DNA of 64,000 bases, from the NCBI GenBank assembly GCA_902523615.1, contig CABYZW010000003.1, forward strand, positions 14,336 through 78,335, in the 5' to 3' direction. The position numbers and the translations under genes were made by a program. The DNA comes from an uncultured Pelagibacteraceae bacterium. Lineage in GTDB: Bacteria > Pseudomonadota > Alphaproteobacteria > Pelagibacterales > Pelagibacteraceae. Below the pieces are notes generated by a model. That model had not been told where the DNA came from. It searched no databases and saw nothing but the letters and a program-made list of their open reading frames with translations. Positions 45,111 to 55,039 of the stretch are shown here, in pieces; positions within the stretch are counted from its first letter, which is position 1, and every line of letters starts with the position of its first letter.

Positions 45111-46062
45111 GTTTGAGTTAATACATAAATATTTTTCTAAATTATCTAAAAATAATATAGGTTCGTTTAAACTTAATGATGATGTTTTTTTTGATAAATC
45201 AAAAAAATTAGTAGTTTCTGTAGATACTTATACTCAAGGTGTACATTTTATCGATTTTAAAAAACCTGATTTAGTAATAAAGAAGATCATAAGATCTTCG
45301 ATATCAGATTTAATATGTAAAGGTGTTAAACCCCAATATTATTTTATTTCTGGCTCAGGTAATAAAAAAAATTTTTCAGCTATCAATTTACATAAAATTT
45401 CTAAATCTTTAAATCAAGAGCAAAGAAAATATAAAATTTTTCTGTGTGGTGGAGACACAGTATTTTCCAATAAACTAAGCTTTTCTATTACTTCTATTGG
45501 ATTTTCAAAAAAAATAGTACTTAGAAACAATGCAAGATTAAACGATGATATATATGTTACAGGTAATTTAGGAGATAGTTATGCTGGATTAAAGATTCTA
45601 AAAAAAAATATTAATACAAATAAGAACTTAAAAAAGTATTTTATAAATAAATATTATTTACCAAATCTTCATCCAGAACTAATAAAAAATTTATTATCAT
45701 TTGCAAACACTTCTATAGATATTTCTGATGGATTAATCACAGATTTGCAGAAGCTTATAAATAAACAGAAATTATCATATAAATTGTTCTATGAAAAAAT
45801 CCCACTTTCTAAAAATCTAGTTAAACTGATTAAATTAAAAAATTTACATAAGAAAAGTTTTTTGTCAAAAGGAGACGATTATCAAATTCTATTTACAGCT
45901 AATTCATCTAAATCCAGAATCATTAATAAAATTAGCAAAACATTGAATATAAAAATTTCTAAAATAGGAAAAATTTGTTCAATCTCTCAAAAACCACAAA
46001 TTATTGATGAAAAAGGGATGAAAATTAGCCTTAAAGATGAAGGTTATTATCATCAATTCTAA
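45103..46062 (+). CDS. thiL: thiamine-monophosphate kinase
   Basis: EFELI..YF, GVHF, SISDL, GGDT, IDISDGL, GDDYQILF, GYYH.F. Confidence 0.94.
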   Translation: MHEFELIHKYFSKLSKNNIGSFKLNDDVFFDKSKKLVVSVDTYTQGVHFIDFKKPDLVIKKIIRSSISDLICKGVKPQYYFISGSGNKKNFSAINLHKISKSLNQEQRKYKIFLCGGDTVFSNKLSFSITSIGFSKKIVLRNNARLNDDIYVTGNLGDSYAGLKILKKNINTNKNLKKYFINKYYLPNLHPELIKNLLSFANTSIDISDGLITDLQKLINKQKLSYKLFYEKIPLSKNLVKLIKLKNLHKKSFLSKGDDYQILFTANSSKSRIINKISKTLNIKISKIGKICSISQKPQIIDEKGMKISLKDEGYYHQF

Positions 46063-46144
46063 AAGTTAATTATTGCCTTTTATATCCTTTTTTGTATTGT
46101 GCGGATTTTAATATTTAACAAGAAAGAACTTAATTAAGATTTAT

Positions 46145-48250
46145 ATGAACACAGCAGTTGAAACTATTCTATTATACACTATTGCAGCTGGTTTTTTTTC
46201 TATTATCTATGGATACTTTACTGGAAAAAATATTCTAAATTCTAGCGCAGGAAATTCTAAAATGCAGGAAATTGCCTCGGCAATTCAAATTGGTGCAAAA
46301 GCGTATTTAGCTAGACAGTATAAAACTATTTCCATAGTTGGTTTTGTTGTTCTTATAATAGTAAGTATTGCCTTTAGCCCTTTGGTTGGTTTGGGATATT
46401 TAATTGGAGCAACTTTATCAGGTATAGCTGGGTATGTTGGAATGTTAGTTTCAGTTGAAGCTAACGTAAGAACAGCGGAAGCATCAAGAAAAAGTTTAGC
46501 AAGTGGTCTCTCCATTGCTTTTAAATCCGGTGCAGTTACAGGAATGTTAGTTGCTGGTTTAGCATTATTGTCAATTGCTGTTTATTACTATTTACTATTA
46601 AAATTCAATGTCGAGGAAAGAGAAATTGTAAATGCTTTAGTTGCTTTAGGCTTTGGTGCTTCTTTAATTTCAATTTTTGCAAGATTAGGTGGAGGTATAT
46701 TTACTAAAGGAGCTGATGTTGGAGCTGATTTAGTTGGAAAAGTTGAAGCTGGTATACCTGAAGATGATCCAAGAAATCCAGCTGTTATTGCTGATAATGT
46801 AGGTGATAATGTTGGTGATTGTGCTGGTATGGCTGCGGATTTATTTGAGACATATGCCGTCACAATTGTTGCAACAATGGTCTTATCTTCGATTTTCTTC
46901 CCAGGTGATATGTCAATGATGATATACCCTCTTACTATAGGAGGTGCATGTATATTGACATCCATCATAGGAACATTTTTTGTAAAACTTGGAAAAAGTA
47001 AAAATGTTATGAATGCTTTATATAAAGGTTTTGTTGTTTCCGCAGTTACGTCTTTAGTAATTCTATATCCTGTAACAGATTATGTTTTGGGGTTAGAAAA
47101 TAAATATAATCTTGAAAATAAAAATTTTTCAGGAATGGATTTATACTATTGTGGAATTATTGGTTTAGTTATAACTGGTTTATTAATCTGGGTTACTGAA
47201 TACTATACTGGAACAAACTACAGACCAGTTAGAAGTGTAGCTAGCTCATCAACTACGGGTCATGGGACTAATGTTATACAAGGATTGGCAATTTCATTAG
47301 AAGCTACAGCAATCCCTGCTTTAATTATTGTTACTGGGATTTTGTTAACAAACCATATAGCAGGTCTTTATGGAATCGCCATTGCAGTTACAACTATGTT
47401 GGCTCTAGCTGGTATGGTTGTTGCACTTGATGCTTACGGTCCTGTTACTGACAATGCTGGTGGAATAGCAGAGATGTCTAAATTACCAAGTAATGTTAGA
47501 AAAACCACTGATGCATTAGATGCTGTTGGAAATACGACTAAAGCAGTAACCAAAGGATATGCAATAGGATCAGCTGGTTTAGGTGCTTTAGTTTTATTTG
47601 CAGCATACACAGAAGATATAAAGCATTTTTCTAAAGAAGCTGGATCTGCTTTAGAAGGTATAATTGTTACTTTTGATTTATCAAATCCATATGTTGTTGT
47701 TGGCTTATTAATTGGTGGAATGCTACCATATTTATTTGGATCTATGGGAATGCAAGCTGTTGGAAGAGCAGGTGGCGCTGTCGTTGTAGAGGTACGAAGA
47801 CAATTTAAAAAATATCCAGGTATTATGAAAAAAAAACAAAAACCGGATTACGCTAAACTTGTAGATTTGCTTACTGTAGCTGCCATTAAAGAGATGATTA
47901 TACCATCATTATTACCTGTATTATCTCCAATAGTTTTATATTTCATTATCTTTACAATAGGTGGTCAAGTGGCAGCATTAGCCTCAGTAGGTGCCATGTT
48001 GTTAGGCGTAATAATAACAGGTCTCTTTGTAGCAGTATCAATGACAGCTGGAGGTGGTGCCTGGGATAATGCAAAAAAATATATTGAGGATGGAAATTTT
48101 GGTGGAAAAGGATCTGAAGCTCACAAAGCAGCAGTTACAGGAGATACAGTTGGTGATCCTTACAAGGATACAGCTGGTCCTGCAGTTAATCCAATGATTA
48201 AAATTACAAATATTGTCGCTTTATTATTGCTAGCAGTTATTGCAGGTTAA
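46145..48250 (+). CDS. hppA: membrane-bound H+-translocating pyrophosphatase (K+-independent type)
   Basis: [36 protein letters not shown]. Confidence 0.97.
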   Translation: MNTAVETILLYTIAAGFFSIIYGYFTGKNILNSSAGNSKMQEIASAIQIGAKAYLARQYKTISIVGFVVLIIVSIAFSPLVGLGYLIGATLSGIAGYVGMLVSVEANVRTAEASRKSLASGLSIAFKSGAVTGMLVAGLALLSIAVYYYLLLKFNVEEREIVNALVALGFGASLISIFARLGGGIFTKGADVGADLVGKVEAGIPEDDPRNPAVIADNVGDNVGDCAGMAADLFETYAVTIVATMVLSSIFFPGDMSMMIYPLTIGGACILTSIIGTFFVKLGKSKNVMNALYKGFVVSAVTSLVILYPVTDYVLGLENKYNLENKNFSGMDLYYCGIIGLVITGLLIWVTEYYTGTNYRPVRSVASSSTTGHGTNVIQGLAISLEATAIPALIIVTGILLTNHIAGLYGIAIAVTTMLALAGMVVALDAYGPVTDNAGGIAEMSKLPSNVRKTTDALDAVGNTTKAVTKGYAIGSAGLGALVLFAAYTEDIKHFSKEAGSALEGIIVTFDLSNPYVVVGLLIGGMLPYLFGSMGMQAVGRAGGAVVVEVRRQFKKYPGIMKKKQKPDYAKLVDLLTVAAIKEMIIPSLLPVLSPIVLYFIIFTIGGQVAALASVGAMLLGVIITGLFVAVSMTAGGGAWDNAKKYIEDGNFGGKGSEAHKAAVTGDTVGDPYKDTAGPAVNPMIKITNIVALLLLAVIAG

Positions 48251-48711
48251 TTCTTAATTCTTTTTTTACCTAAAGGATCATCAATTTTTTGTCTTAATGA
48301 AGACATGAAACTATATATAAATGATCTTTTTTCATAATTGTTAGATGTAATTTTTTTTTCAAATTTTAGATTTTTCATATCTTCTTTGTTAAAGAATTTT
48401 TTATCAAGTAATACTCCTCTGTTATCAATCTCTAGTATCAAAACATTATTTGCTAATAATTCTCTTTTTCCAAATTTAGTAATTTTTGAACTACTTTTTT
48501 TAGTTTCAATGTAAATAAATATATCATTATCAAAGGAACTTTTTGTAGATGGAGGGCCAATTAATCTAATGATATCGTTTTTGTTGGATTGATTAACCCT
48601 TAATTTTAATTGTTTTTTTTCTAAATTATGAACACCGTGGTGATATACTACTTTATTTAATGTACAATTTGAGATTAAACATAGTAAAATAACATATAAG
48701 ACTTTTCTCAT
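48247..48711 (-). CDS. bamE: outer membrane assembly lipoprotein BamE/SmpA
   Basis: [16 protein letters not shown] lipobox, K..II..IGPPS, YI; start at 48711. Confidence 0.8.
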   Translation of the reverse strand: MRKVLYVILLCLISNCTLNKVVYHHGVHNLEKKQLKLRVNQSNKNDIIRLIGPPSTKSSFDNDIFIYIETKKSSSKITKFGKRELLANNVLILEIDNRGVLLDKKFFNKEDMKNLKFEKKITSNNYEKRSFIYSFMSSLRQKIDDPLGKKRIKN

Positions 48712-49174
48712 GAAACCAGAATATATCAATATTTACAATAAATTAATAAAATTAACTACAAATAAAAATCTCTATAAAGGACTAAATAAGCAAGATGTTT
48801 TCTCTGATAGATTGATAATATTTCTTATTCATTTTGCCTTTTTTTTAAAAAACTTTAAAAATCAGACGAATAAAAAAATTTTACAAGAAATCTATGATTT
48901 TAATTTCAGACAAATTGAATTATCGGTTCGTGAGATAGGTTATGGTGATCAATCTATAAATAAAAAAATGAAAGATTATATAAATTTATTTCATTCAATA
49001 CTCTCAGAAATTCATTTTTGGGAAGACTACTCTATAATTGAAAAAAAAAAAAAGATTTCTTTTTTCTTAGAAAATATGGATAAAAATGAATATTTAGTGA
49101 AGTATTTTGATGATTTTAAAGAAGAATTATCAAAAAAAAATTTGAATTATTATATAAAAGGTGTATCTAATTAA
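48710..49174 (+). CDS. ubiquinol-cytochrome c chaperone (Cbp3/UQCC1 family)
   Basis: D.F..R..IF.IH, REIGYGD..I.KKMK; conserved alphaproteobacterial position opposite bamE. Confidence 0.82.
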   Translation: MKPEYINIYNKLIKLTTNKNLYKGLNKQDVFSDRLIIFLIHFAFFLKNFKNQTNKKILQEIYDFNFRQIELSVREIGYGDQSINKKMKDYINLFHSILSEIHFWEDYSIIEKKKKISFFLENMDKNEYLVKYFDDFKEELSKKNLNYYIKGVSN

Positions 49175-49178
49175 TATT

Positions 49179-49361
49179 ATGGCTGTACCAAAACGTAAAC
49201 AAACACCTTCGAGAACAGGTATGAGAAGGTCTCAAAATATGAAATTTTCTTCAAAAAATATAATTGAAGATAAAAAATCTGGTGAATATAGACTATCCCA
49301 TCATTTAGATTTAAAAACTGGCATGTATAAGGGAAGACAAGTTTTAGACCCTAAAGAATAA
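49179..49361 (+). CDS. rpmF: 50S ribosomal protein L32
   Basis: [24 protein letters not shown]; ATG at 49179. Confidence 0.97.
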   Translation: MAVPKRKQTPSRTGMRRSQNMKFSSKNIIEDKKSGEYRLSHHLDLKTGMYKGRQVLDPKE

Positions 49362-49373
49362 TTTTTTATAACA

Positions 49374-50378
49374 ATGCAAAGTTTAATTAAAATTGCAGTT
49401 GATGCAATGGGAGGCGATGGTTCTCCAAAAAAAATTATTGATGGTTTAATTTTAAACCATGCTTCAAATAAAGAAAATTTTTTCAAAATTTTCGGAAATG
49501 AAAGTCAAATTAAAGATTGTATAGCAGATAAAATTAATCAAAACTTTTACGAAATTGTTAATACTCAAAATGTAGTAAGAAGCACTGACTCTCCTTTGGA
49601 GGCAGCGAAAAGGGGTAAGGATACAAGTATGTGGTTAGCTATTGATAGTGTTAAAAAAAAAGAGAGTGATATTGTCATATCTGCTGGCAATACTGGTGCT
49701 TTGTTAGTGATAGCAAAATTAAATCTCAAAATGATAGAAAATATTGATAAGCCTGCCTTATCAGCACTTTGGCCAAATAAAAAAGGAATGAGTGTGGTTT
49801 TAGATCTTGGTGCCAATATTGAGTGCAGTTCAAAAAATCTTTTAGACTTTTCTATTATGGGAGCATCTTTATACAAATCTCTTTATCCTAAAGAAACCCC
49901 TAATGTTGCATTACTTAATATTGGCTCAGAAGAGTTAAAAGGAAATGAAATCATTAAAGAAACTTTTAAAACACTAAATGAAAAAAAATCTGATAATTTT
50001 ATTTTTTCAGGTTATATAGAAGGAAATGAGCTTATGCATGGCCAAGTCAATGTTATTATTTCTGATGGTTTTACAGGTAATGTTGCACTAAAAACGGCTG
50101 AAGGAACAGCTAATTTTATTACAAGCGAATTAAAACAAGCTTTATCAGGAACTATTTTGGGCAAAATATCCTCGTTTCTTAATTATGCTAATCTTAAAAA
50201 ATTTAAACAAAGATTAGATCCGAGATTGTATAATGGAGCTATTTTTATTGGACTAGATGCACCAGTGGTCAAAAGTCATGGTGGAACTGATTTTATAGGT
50301 TTTGCAAACTCTCTAGATGTATGTAACAGAATTGTTAAAGGTAATTTAATTAAAAAAATTAATGAGAATATGAAATAA
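49374..50378 (+). CDS. plsX: phosphate acyltransferase PlsX
   Basis: IAVDAMGGD, SAGNTGAL, LDLGAN, DGFTGNVALKTAEG, VVKSHG. Confidence 0.98.
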   Translation: MQSLIKIAVDAMGGDGSPKKIIDGLILNHASNKENFFKIFGNESQIKDCIADKINQNFYEIVNTQNVVRSTDSPLEAAKRGKDTSMWLAIDSVKKKESDIVISAGNTGALLVIAKLNLKMIENIDKPALSALWPNKKGMSVVLDLGANIECSSKNLLDFSIMGASLYKSLYPKETPNVALLNIGSEELKGNEIIKETFKTLNEKKSDNFIFSGYIEGNELMHGQVNVIISDGFTGNVALKTAEGTANFITSELKQALSGTILGKISSFLNYANLKKFKQRLDPRLYNGAIFIGLDAPVVKSHGGTDFIGFANSLDVCNRIVKGNLIKKINENMK

Positions 50379-50678
50379 ATGAGGATAAATTTAACTAAAA
50401 AAGACTTAATTAATGTTGTTTATATGCAAATTGGATTTTCTAAGCAAATATCGGAAAGTCTTATAGATGAATTTCTCTCTTTAATAATAAAAAATTTAAA
50501 AATGGAGGGTAAAATTAAAATTTCAAAATTTGGAACTTTTTCAGTTAGAAAAAAAAATCTAAGAATGGGAAGAAATCCTAAAACAAAAGAAAAAAAAATA
50601 ATATCTGAAAGAAATGTAGTTTTATTTAAACCTTCCAAAGAGTTCAAAGATTTTATAAACAACAATCAAAATGAATAA
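50379..50678 (+). CDS. ihfA: integration host factor alpha
   Basis: LTKKDL, KISKFGTF, RMGRNPKT, FKPS; plsX-ihfA-merR synteny. Confidence 0.9.
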   Translation: MRINLTKKDLINVVYMQIGFSKQISESLIDEFLSLIIKNLKMEGKIKISKFGTFSVRKKNLRMGRNPKTKEKKIISERNVVLFKPSKEFKDFINNNQNE

Positions 50679-51039
50679 ATCAGTTTCAGCTTATAAAACA
50701 ATTGGAGAGGTTGTAAAAATTTTAGATTTAAAAACTAAAAAAGGTAGTTCTTTATCCACACATACTATTCGTTACTGGGAAAAAGAATTTAAACAGTTAA
50801 AACCAAAAATCCTAAACGGAAGACGAAGATATTATGATGAAAAAAACATCAATACATTAAAAAAAATTCAATTTCTTCTAAAAGAAAAGGGCATGACTAT
50901 TAAAGGTGTAAAAAGAGTTTTAAATAATGAAAAATTTTTAAAACTTGACGAGACTTTAAATTCCTCTATAAGAACAGCTAATATTAAAAATAAACTAACT
51001 AAAATTTCAAATATTATTAAAGATTTAAAAGATATCTAG
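50671..51039 (+). CDS. MerR-family HTH regulator
   Basis: TIGEV..HTIRYWEKEF..L.P..GRRRYY..GMTIKGV. Confidence 0.92.
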   Translation: MNKSVSAYKTIGEVVKILDLKTKKGSSLSTHTIRYWEKEFKQLKPKILNGRRRYYDEKNINTLKKIQFLLKEKGMTIKGVKRVLNNEKFLKLDETLNSSIRTANIKNKLTKISNIIKDLKDI

Positions 51040-51042
51040 ATA

Positions 51043-51234
51043 ATGGCAAAAAAAACACATATCAAAGTTAGACTAGTTCCCGAAACAAAACCTGATAGTC
51101 CTTTTTTTTATTATGTTAAAAAACCAGCAGGTGGTGAAAAGGCAAAGATAAAACTAAAAGCTAAAAAATATAATCCTGCAACTAGAAAGCATGAAATTTT
51201 TGTAGAAAAAAAACTTCCCCCACACAGTAAATAA
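51043..51234 (+). CDS. rpmG: 50S ribosomal protein L33
   Basis: MAKK..IKVRLV..FYY..KL..KKYNP..RKHEIFVE.K. Confidence 0.93.
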   Translation: MAKKTHIKVRLVPETKPDSPFFYYVKKPAGGEKAKIKLKAKKYNPATRKHEIFVEKKLPPHSK

Positions 51235-51525
51235 TTATTTTTTTTTAAAATTTCTTCTTTCAAAGTCTATATAAGCGAAAATCATATTTTTCCATATTTT
51301 GTTTGTGATTTTAGGATCTATCTTATTTTTTATCGATTTTTGTCTAATATTTTTTAAGATAAATCTTATTCTTTTTTGATCTACTATTTCATTTTTTTTA
51401 CTCTTTAGTGCTAAAACTTTTCTTACTAAATTTGTTCTTTTTTTTATAATTTTGATTAGTGAATTATCTAACTTATCTAGATCGTATCTAATTTTACTTA
51501 ATTTCTTTCTTTTTAGCGGCGACAT
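51235..51525 (-). CDS. chorismate mutase (AroQ type II)
   Basis: L..IR..LD.LD..L..I.KR..LV..V..LK, IVDQKR. Confidence 0.85.
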   Translation of the reverse strand: MSPLKRKKLSKIRYDLDKLDNSLIKIIKKRTNLVRKVLALKSKKNEIVDQKRIRFILKNIRQKSIKNKIDPKITNKIWKNMIFAYIDFERRNFKKK

Positions 51526-51568
51526 TTATTTATTTGGATAATTAAAAAATTATTATATTTATTCAGTT

Positions 51569-52582
51569 ATGTATACATTAAATCAAAGAATTAATAATCA
51601 ATTATCAATCTGGTTAGTTGCTATGTTTTCAATTATATCGATTATGATAGTTGTAGGTGGTTTAACTAGACTAACTGACTCGGGTCTCTCAATTACAGAA
51701 TGGCAATTGTTTTCGGGTTTATTTCCACCTTTGAGTCAAAATGAATGGATTTACTATTTTAATCTCTATAAAAAAATTCCAGAATATCAACTCCAAAATT
51801 TTAATATGTCGTTAGAAGAATTTAAAATAATTTTTTGGTGGGAATGGGCACATCGTTTTCTAGGTAGATTAATTGGGATTAGTTTTCTAATTCCTCTAAT
51901 ATACTTTTCTTTTAAGATTAGTTTTTCTAAATTGATAAATTTTTATTTTATCTTTTTTCTTATTTGTTTTCAGGGTTTTATAGGATGGTATATGGTTAGC
52001 AGTGGTTTAATTGATAGAGTAGATGTTAGTCATTTTAGACTTTCGATTCATTTATTAGGAGCATTTATAATTTTATCCTTAATTTTGTGGTCCTATTTGA
52101 AAATAAATATAAATAAGAAAATTTTAAATAAAATAAATAATTTCATTCCATTATTGTTTTTGATACTAGTATTTACACAAATAATTATAGGTGCATTTGT
52201 ATCAGGTATGGATGCTGGTAAAATTTACAATTCTTGGCCACTAATGGGCAATAGTTATTTTCCTGATGACAATAATATTATAGATTTATTTAAGCTCTCT
52301 GCATTTAGTGATCCTTCATTGGTTCAATTTATACACAGAAATTTGGCATATTTTATTACATTTTTTTATTTGTTTATGATTTATAAGGTTTTTAAAAATA
52401 AAGTTTATGAATTATATAATTCAATAATTGTTTTAGGCTTATGTATAATCATACAAATAATTCTTGGAATTTATACTGTTTTACATGGTGCACATATATA
52501 TGTTGCAGCCATGCATCAATTTAGTTCGATTTTTTTAGTAACCTTTTCTATTTATTTTTTTTATTTGAACAAACAAAATTAA
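51569..52582 (+). CDS. ctaA: heme A synthase COX15/CtaA
   Basis: GGLTRLTDSGLSITEW, WEWAHRFLGR, GWYMVSSG, QFIHR, HQ. Confidence 0.96.
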   Translation: MYTLNQRINNQLSIWLVAMFSIISIMIVVGGLTRLTDSGLSITEWQLFSGLFPPLSQNEWIYYFNLYKKIPEYQLQNFNMSLEEFKIIFWWEWAHRFLGRLIGISFLIPLIYFSFKISFSKLINFYFIFFLICFQGFIGWYMVSSGLIDRVDVSHFRLSIHLLGAFIILSLILWSYLKININKKILNKINNFIPLLFLILVFTQIIIGAFVSGMDAGKIYNSWPLMGNSYFPDDNNIIDLFKLSAFSDPSLVQFIHRNLAYFITFFYLFMIYKVFKNKVYELYNSIIVLGLCIIIQIILGIYTVLHGAHIYVAAMHQFSSIFLVTFSIYFFYLNKQN

Positions 52583-53907
52583 CTTACAGCTTTTAATTTA
52601 CCTTTTGATGATTTATTTAAGGCTTGATTTAAATCTTCAATAATATCATCAATATGTTCAATACCTATGCAAAGTCTCACATAGCCTTGAGTAACGCCGC
52701 TCGCAGCTAGTTGTTCTTTATTTAATTGACTGTGTGTGGTGCTAGCAGGGTGAGTTGCTAAACTTCTTGCATCTCCAATATTAGCTACATGATAAAACAT
52801 TTTCAAAGACTCAATAAATCTTTTTCCAGCCTCAATTCCACCTTTGAGTTCAATTCCTACCATAGCACCATTTCCTCCACTCAGATATTGTTTTGCTCTA
52901 TCTGATATTTTTTTTTCATGTTTTGTTGAATAAATTACTTTTGAAACATCTTTATGATTTGATAAAAAATCAACAACTTTACTAGCGTTTTCACAGTGTT
53001 GTTTCATTCTTAAAGCACAAGTTTCTAAACCTTGTATGATTGAAAAAGCATTGTCAGGTGCTAATGATGATCCTAGATCTCTCAATAAGCAGACCCTAGC
53101 TCTAATTGCAAATGGAATATTGGCTCCAGTCAACTCTGGCACTGCTTTACCCCATATTACATCTCCATAACTTGGATCTGGTTCATTAAATAAAGGCTGC
53201 CTTTTTGGATCTGCAGTCCAGTCAAAATTTCCTCCATCTACTATACTGCCCGCTACTACTGTTCCATGACCACCAATATATTTTGTAAGAGAATGGATCG
53301 TGACAGCCGCTCCATGATCAATTGGTTTACAGATCACTGGCGCAGCAGTATTATCCATTATTAAGGGTATATTATACTTCTTACCTATATTTGACACTTC
53401 TTTAATAGGAAAAACTCTTAAATATGGATTTGGTAAAGTTTCTCCATAAAAAGCTCGAGTTTTATCATCAACAAGTTTTTCAAAATTTTTAGGGTCAATT
53501 GGATCAGCATATCTAATTTCAATACCTAATTTACTTAAAGTATTAGTAAAAAGAGATACAGTTCCCCCATACAAATCTGTTGAACTTATTATATTATCTC
53601 CTGCTTGAGCTACATTTAATACAGCAAATGTTGACGCTGTTTGACCTGATGAGACTGTAAGACACGCTAAACCACCCTCTAATTCAGCTAATCTTTTTTC
53701 TAAAACATCATTAGTGGGATTCATTATTCTAGTATAAATATTACCAAACTCTTCTAGTTTAAATAATTTTGCCGCGTGTTCCGTGTTATCAAACTGATAT
53801 GCAGTTGTTCTGTATATAGGAACTGTTACAGCGTTGGTGGCTGAATCTTTTCTATATTCTCCACCATGCAAACCTATAGTTTCAGGGTTATTTCTCTTTT
53901 TTTTCAT
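52579..53907 (-). CDS. metY: O-acetylhomoserine sulfhydrylase
   Basis: GNIYTRIMNPT, LYGGT, HSLTKYIGGHG PLP motif, HVANIGDARSL.HPASTTHSQL. Confidence 0.95.
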   Translation of the reverse strand: MKKKRNNPETIGLHGGEYRKDSATNAVTVPIYRTTAYQFDNTEHAAKLFKLEEFGNIYTRIMNPTNDVLEKRLAELEGGLACLTVSSGQTASTFAVLNVAQAGDNIISSTDLYGGTVSLFTNTLSKLGIEIRYADPIDPKNFEKLVDDKTRAFYGETLPNPYLRVFPIKEVSNIGKKYNIPLIMDNTAAPVICKPIDHGAAVTIHSLTKYIGGHGTVVAGSIVDGGNFDWTADPKRQPLFNEPDPSYGDVIWGKAVPELTGANIPFAIRARVCLLRDLGSSLAPDNAFSIIQGLETCALRMKQHCENASKVVDFLSNHKDVSKVIYSTKHEKKISDRAKQYLSGGNGAMVGIELKGGIEAGKRFIESLKMFYHVANIGDARSLATHPASTTHSQLNKEQLAASGVTQGYVRLCIGIEHIDDIIEDLNQALNKSSKGKLKAVS

Positions 53908-53912
53908 TTTAA

Positions 53913-53965
53913 TCCTTTTTAGTACTTTAGCTTATGCTAGGCGCACAATATAGTTCAAATGCCTA
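53913..53965 (-). ncRNA. SAM-V riboswitch aptamer in the metY 5' UTR
   Basis: minus strand reads UAGGCAUUUGAACUAUAUUGUGCGCCUAGCAUAAGCUAAAGUACUAAAAAGGA; P1 UAGGC/GCCUA; the 3' pseudoknot strand overlaps the AAGGA Shine-Dalgarno. Confidence 0.9.
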
Positions 53966-53983
53966 CCGAATTTGGGTGAAATT

Positions 53984-54022
53984 CCTGTTTAGCTGTTAAG
54001 CCCGCAATAGGATCAAATCGGC
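53984..54022 (-). ncRNA. SAM-II riboswitch aptamer upstream of the SAM-V
   Basis: minus strand GCCGAUUUGAUCCUAUUGCGGGCUUAACAGCUAAACAGG carries SAM-II hallmarks (GAUUU, UUGC, AGCUAAA, CCU/AGG pseudoknot); P1 is short. Confidence 0.7.
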
Positions 54023-54107
54023 AATTTACTTATACCAATATAAATATATAAAACAACAAAAATATCAATTTGACTTTAGTTTTATTAATAGTATTAATCC
54101 TGGCACC

Positions 54108-54566
54108 ATGACAAAATTTGTTAAAAAAGACCAATTATCATCTTCTTGGTATGAAATAGATGCAAAAAATGCAATAGTTGGAAGACTGGCTACAATTATT
54201 TCTAAAATAATAAGAGGAAAAAACAAGACAACTTTTACTCCACACATGGATGATGGCGATTTTGTTGTTGTTAAAAATATTGAACAAATAAAATTTACAG
54301 GAAAAAAATTTCAAAATAAAAAATATTATAAACACACTGGATACCCTGGAGGTTTGAAAGAAAGTACACCAGAATTTTTACAGAACAAAAAACCTGGTGA
54401 AATCCTAAAACTTGCAGTTAAAAGAATGTTACCAGGAGGAGTTCTGGGAAGAAAACAACTTACAAGATTGAAAATTTATTCAGGAAATGATCACCCTCAT
54501 TCTGCTCAAAATCCTCAGGCTATAAATCTAAATAAATTAAATAATAAAAACATAATTAGAAACTAA
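54108..54566 (+). CDS. rplM: 50S ribosomal protein L13
   Basis: W..IDA..VGRLA, FTPHMDDGD, HTGYPGG, AVKRMLP, HPH.AQ.P. Confidence 0.99.
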   Translation: MTKFVKKDQLSSSWYEIDAKNAIVGRLATIISKIIRGKNKTTFTPHMDDGDFVVVKNIEQIKFTGKKFQNKKYYKHTGYPGGLKESTPEFLQNKKPGEILKLAVKRMLPGGVLGRKQLTRLKIYSGNDHPHSAQNPQAINLNKLNNKNIIRN

Positions 54567-54567
54567 T

Positions 54568-55005
54568 ATGGAAAATAACCAATCTTCAGAAAAAATTCGT
54601 AAAATAAAATTAGATTTCAAAGATAGTAAGTATGCTACTGGAAGAAGAAAAACTTCGATTGCTAAAGTTTGGATTAAAAAAGGATCTGGTCAAATTTATG
54701 TAAACGGTAAAATCTACGATAAATATTTTCCAAATGATAATCATAAAATGCAAATTATAAGACCTTTTGAAATAATAAATCAGCCAACTCAATATGATGT
54801 TAAATGCAGTGTAAGAGGTGGCGGCCCAACTGGACAAGCTGGAGCAATGGTTCATGGAATTTCTAAAGCTTTAGTAATGTTCGATGACAGTTTTAAATCA
54901 ACTCTTAAAACCGAAAAATTAACAACAAGAGATTCTAGAGCAGTAGAACGTAAAAAGCCAGGTAGAAAAAAAGCCAGACGAAGTTTCCAATTTTCTAAAA
55001 GATAA
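54568..55005 (+). CDS. rpsI: 30S ribosomal protein S9
   Basis: ATGRRK, GGG..GQAGA, TRDSR.VERKK, QFSKR. Confidence 0.99.
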   Translation: MENNQSSEKIRKIKLDFKDSKYATGRRKTSIAKVWIKKGSGQIYVNGKIYDKYFPNDNHKMQIIRPFEIINQPTQYDVKCSVRGGGPTGQAGAMVHGISKALVMFDDSFKSTLKTEKLTTRDSRAVERKKPGRKKARRSFQFSKR

Positions 55006-55024
55006 TTTTTTTTAAACTAATAAT

Positions 55025-55033
55025 TGCTATAAT
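55025..55033 (+). promoter_or_regulatory. extended -10 promoter for argC (candidate leaderless mRNA)
   Basis: TG-C-TATAAT; the predicted +1 coincides with the A of the ATG at 55040. Confidence 0.55.
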
Positions 55034-55039
55034 AAAATA

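Noticed and set aside
50752-50760. Perfect DnaA box TTATCCACA, plus a one-mismatch TTATCCCCA near 63029
   Set aside because: Isolated boxes, one inside a CDS, with no cluster or oriC-linked genes; plausible by chance in AT-rich DNA.
49179-51234. Cys-free L32 and L33 as a special low-zinc adaptation
   Set aside because: Cys-free forms are common in alphaproteobacteria, so this is not distinctive.
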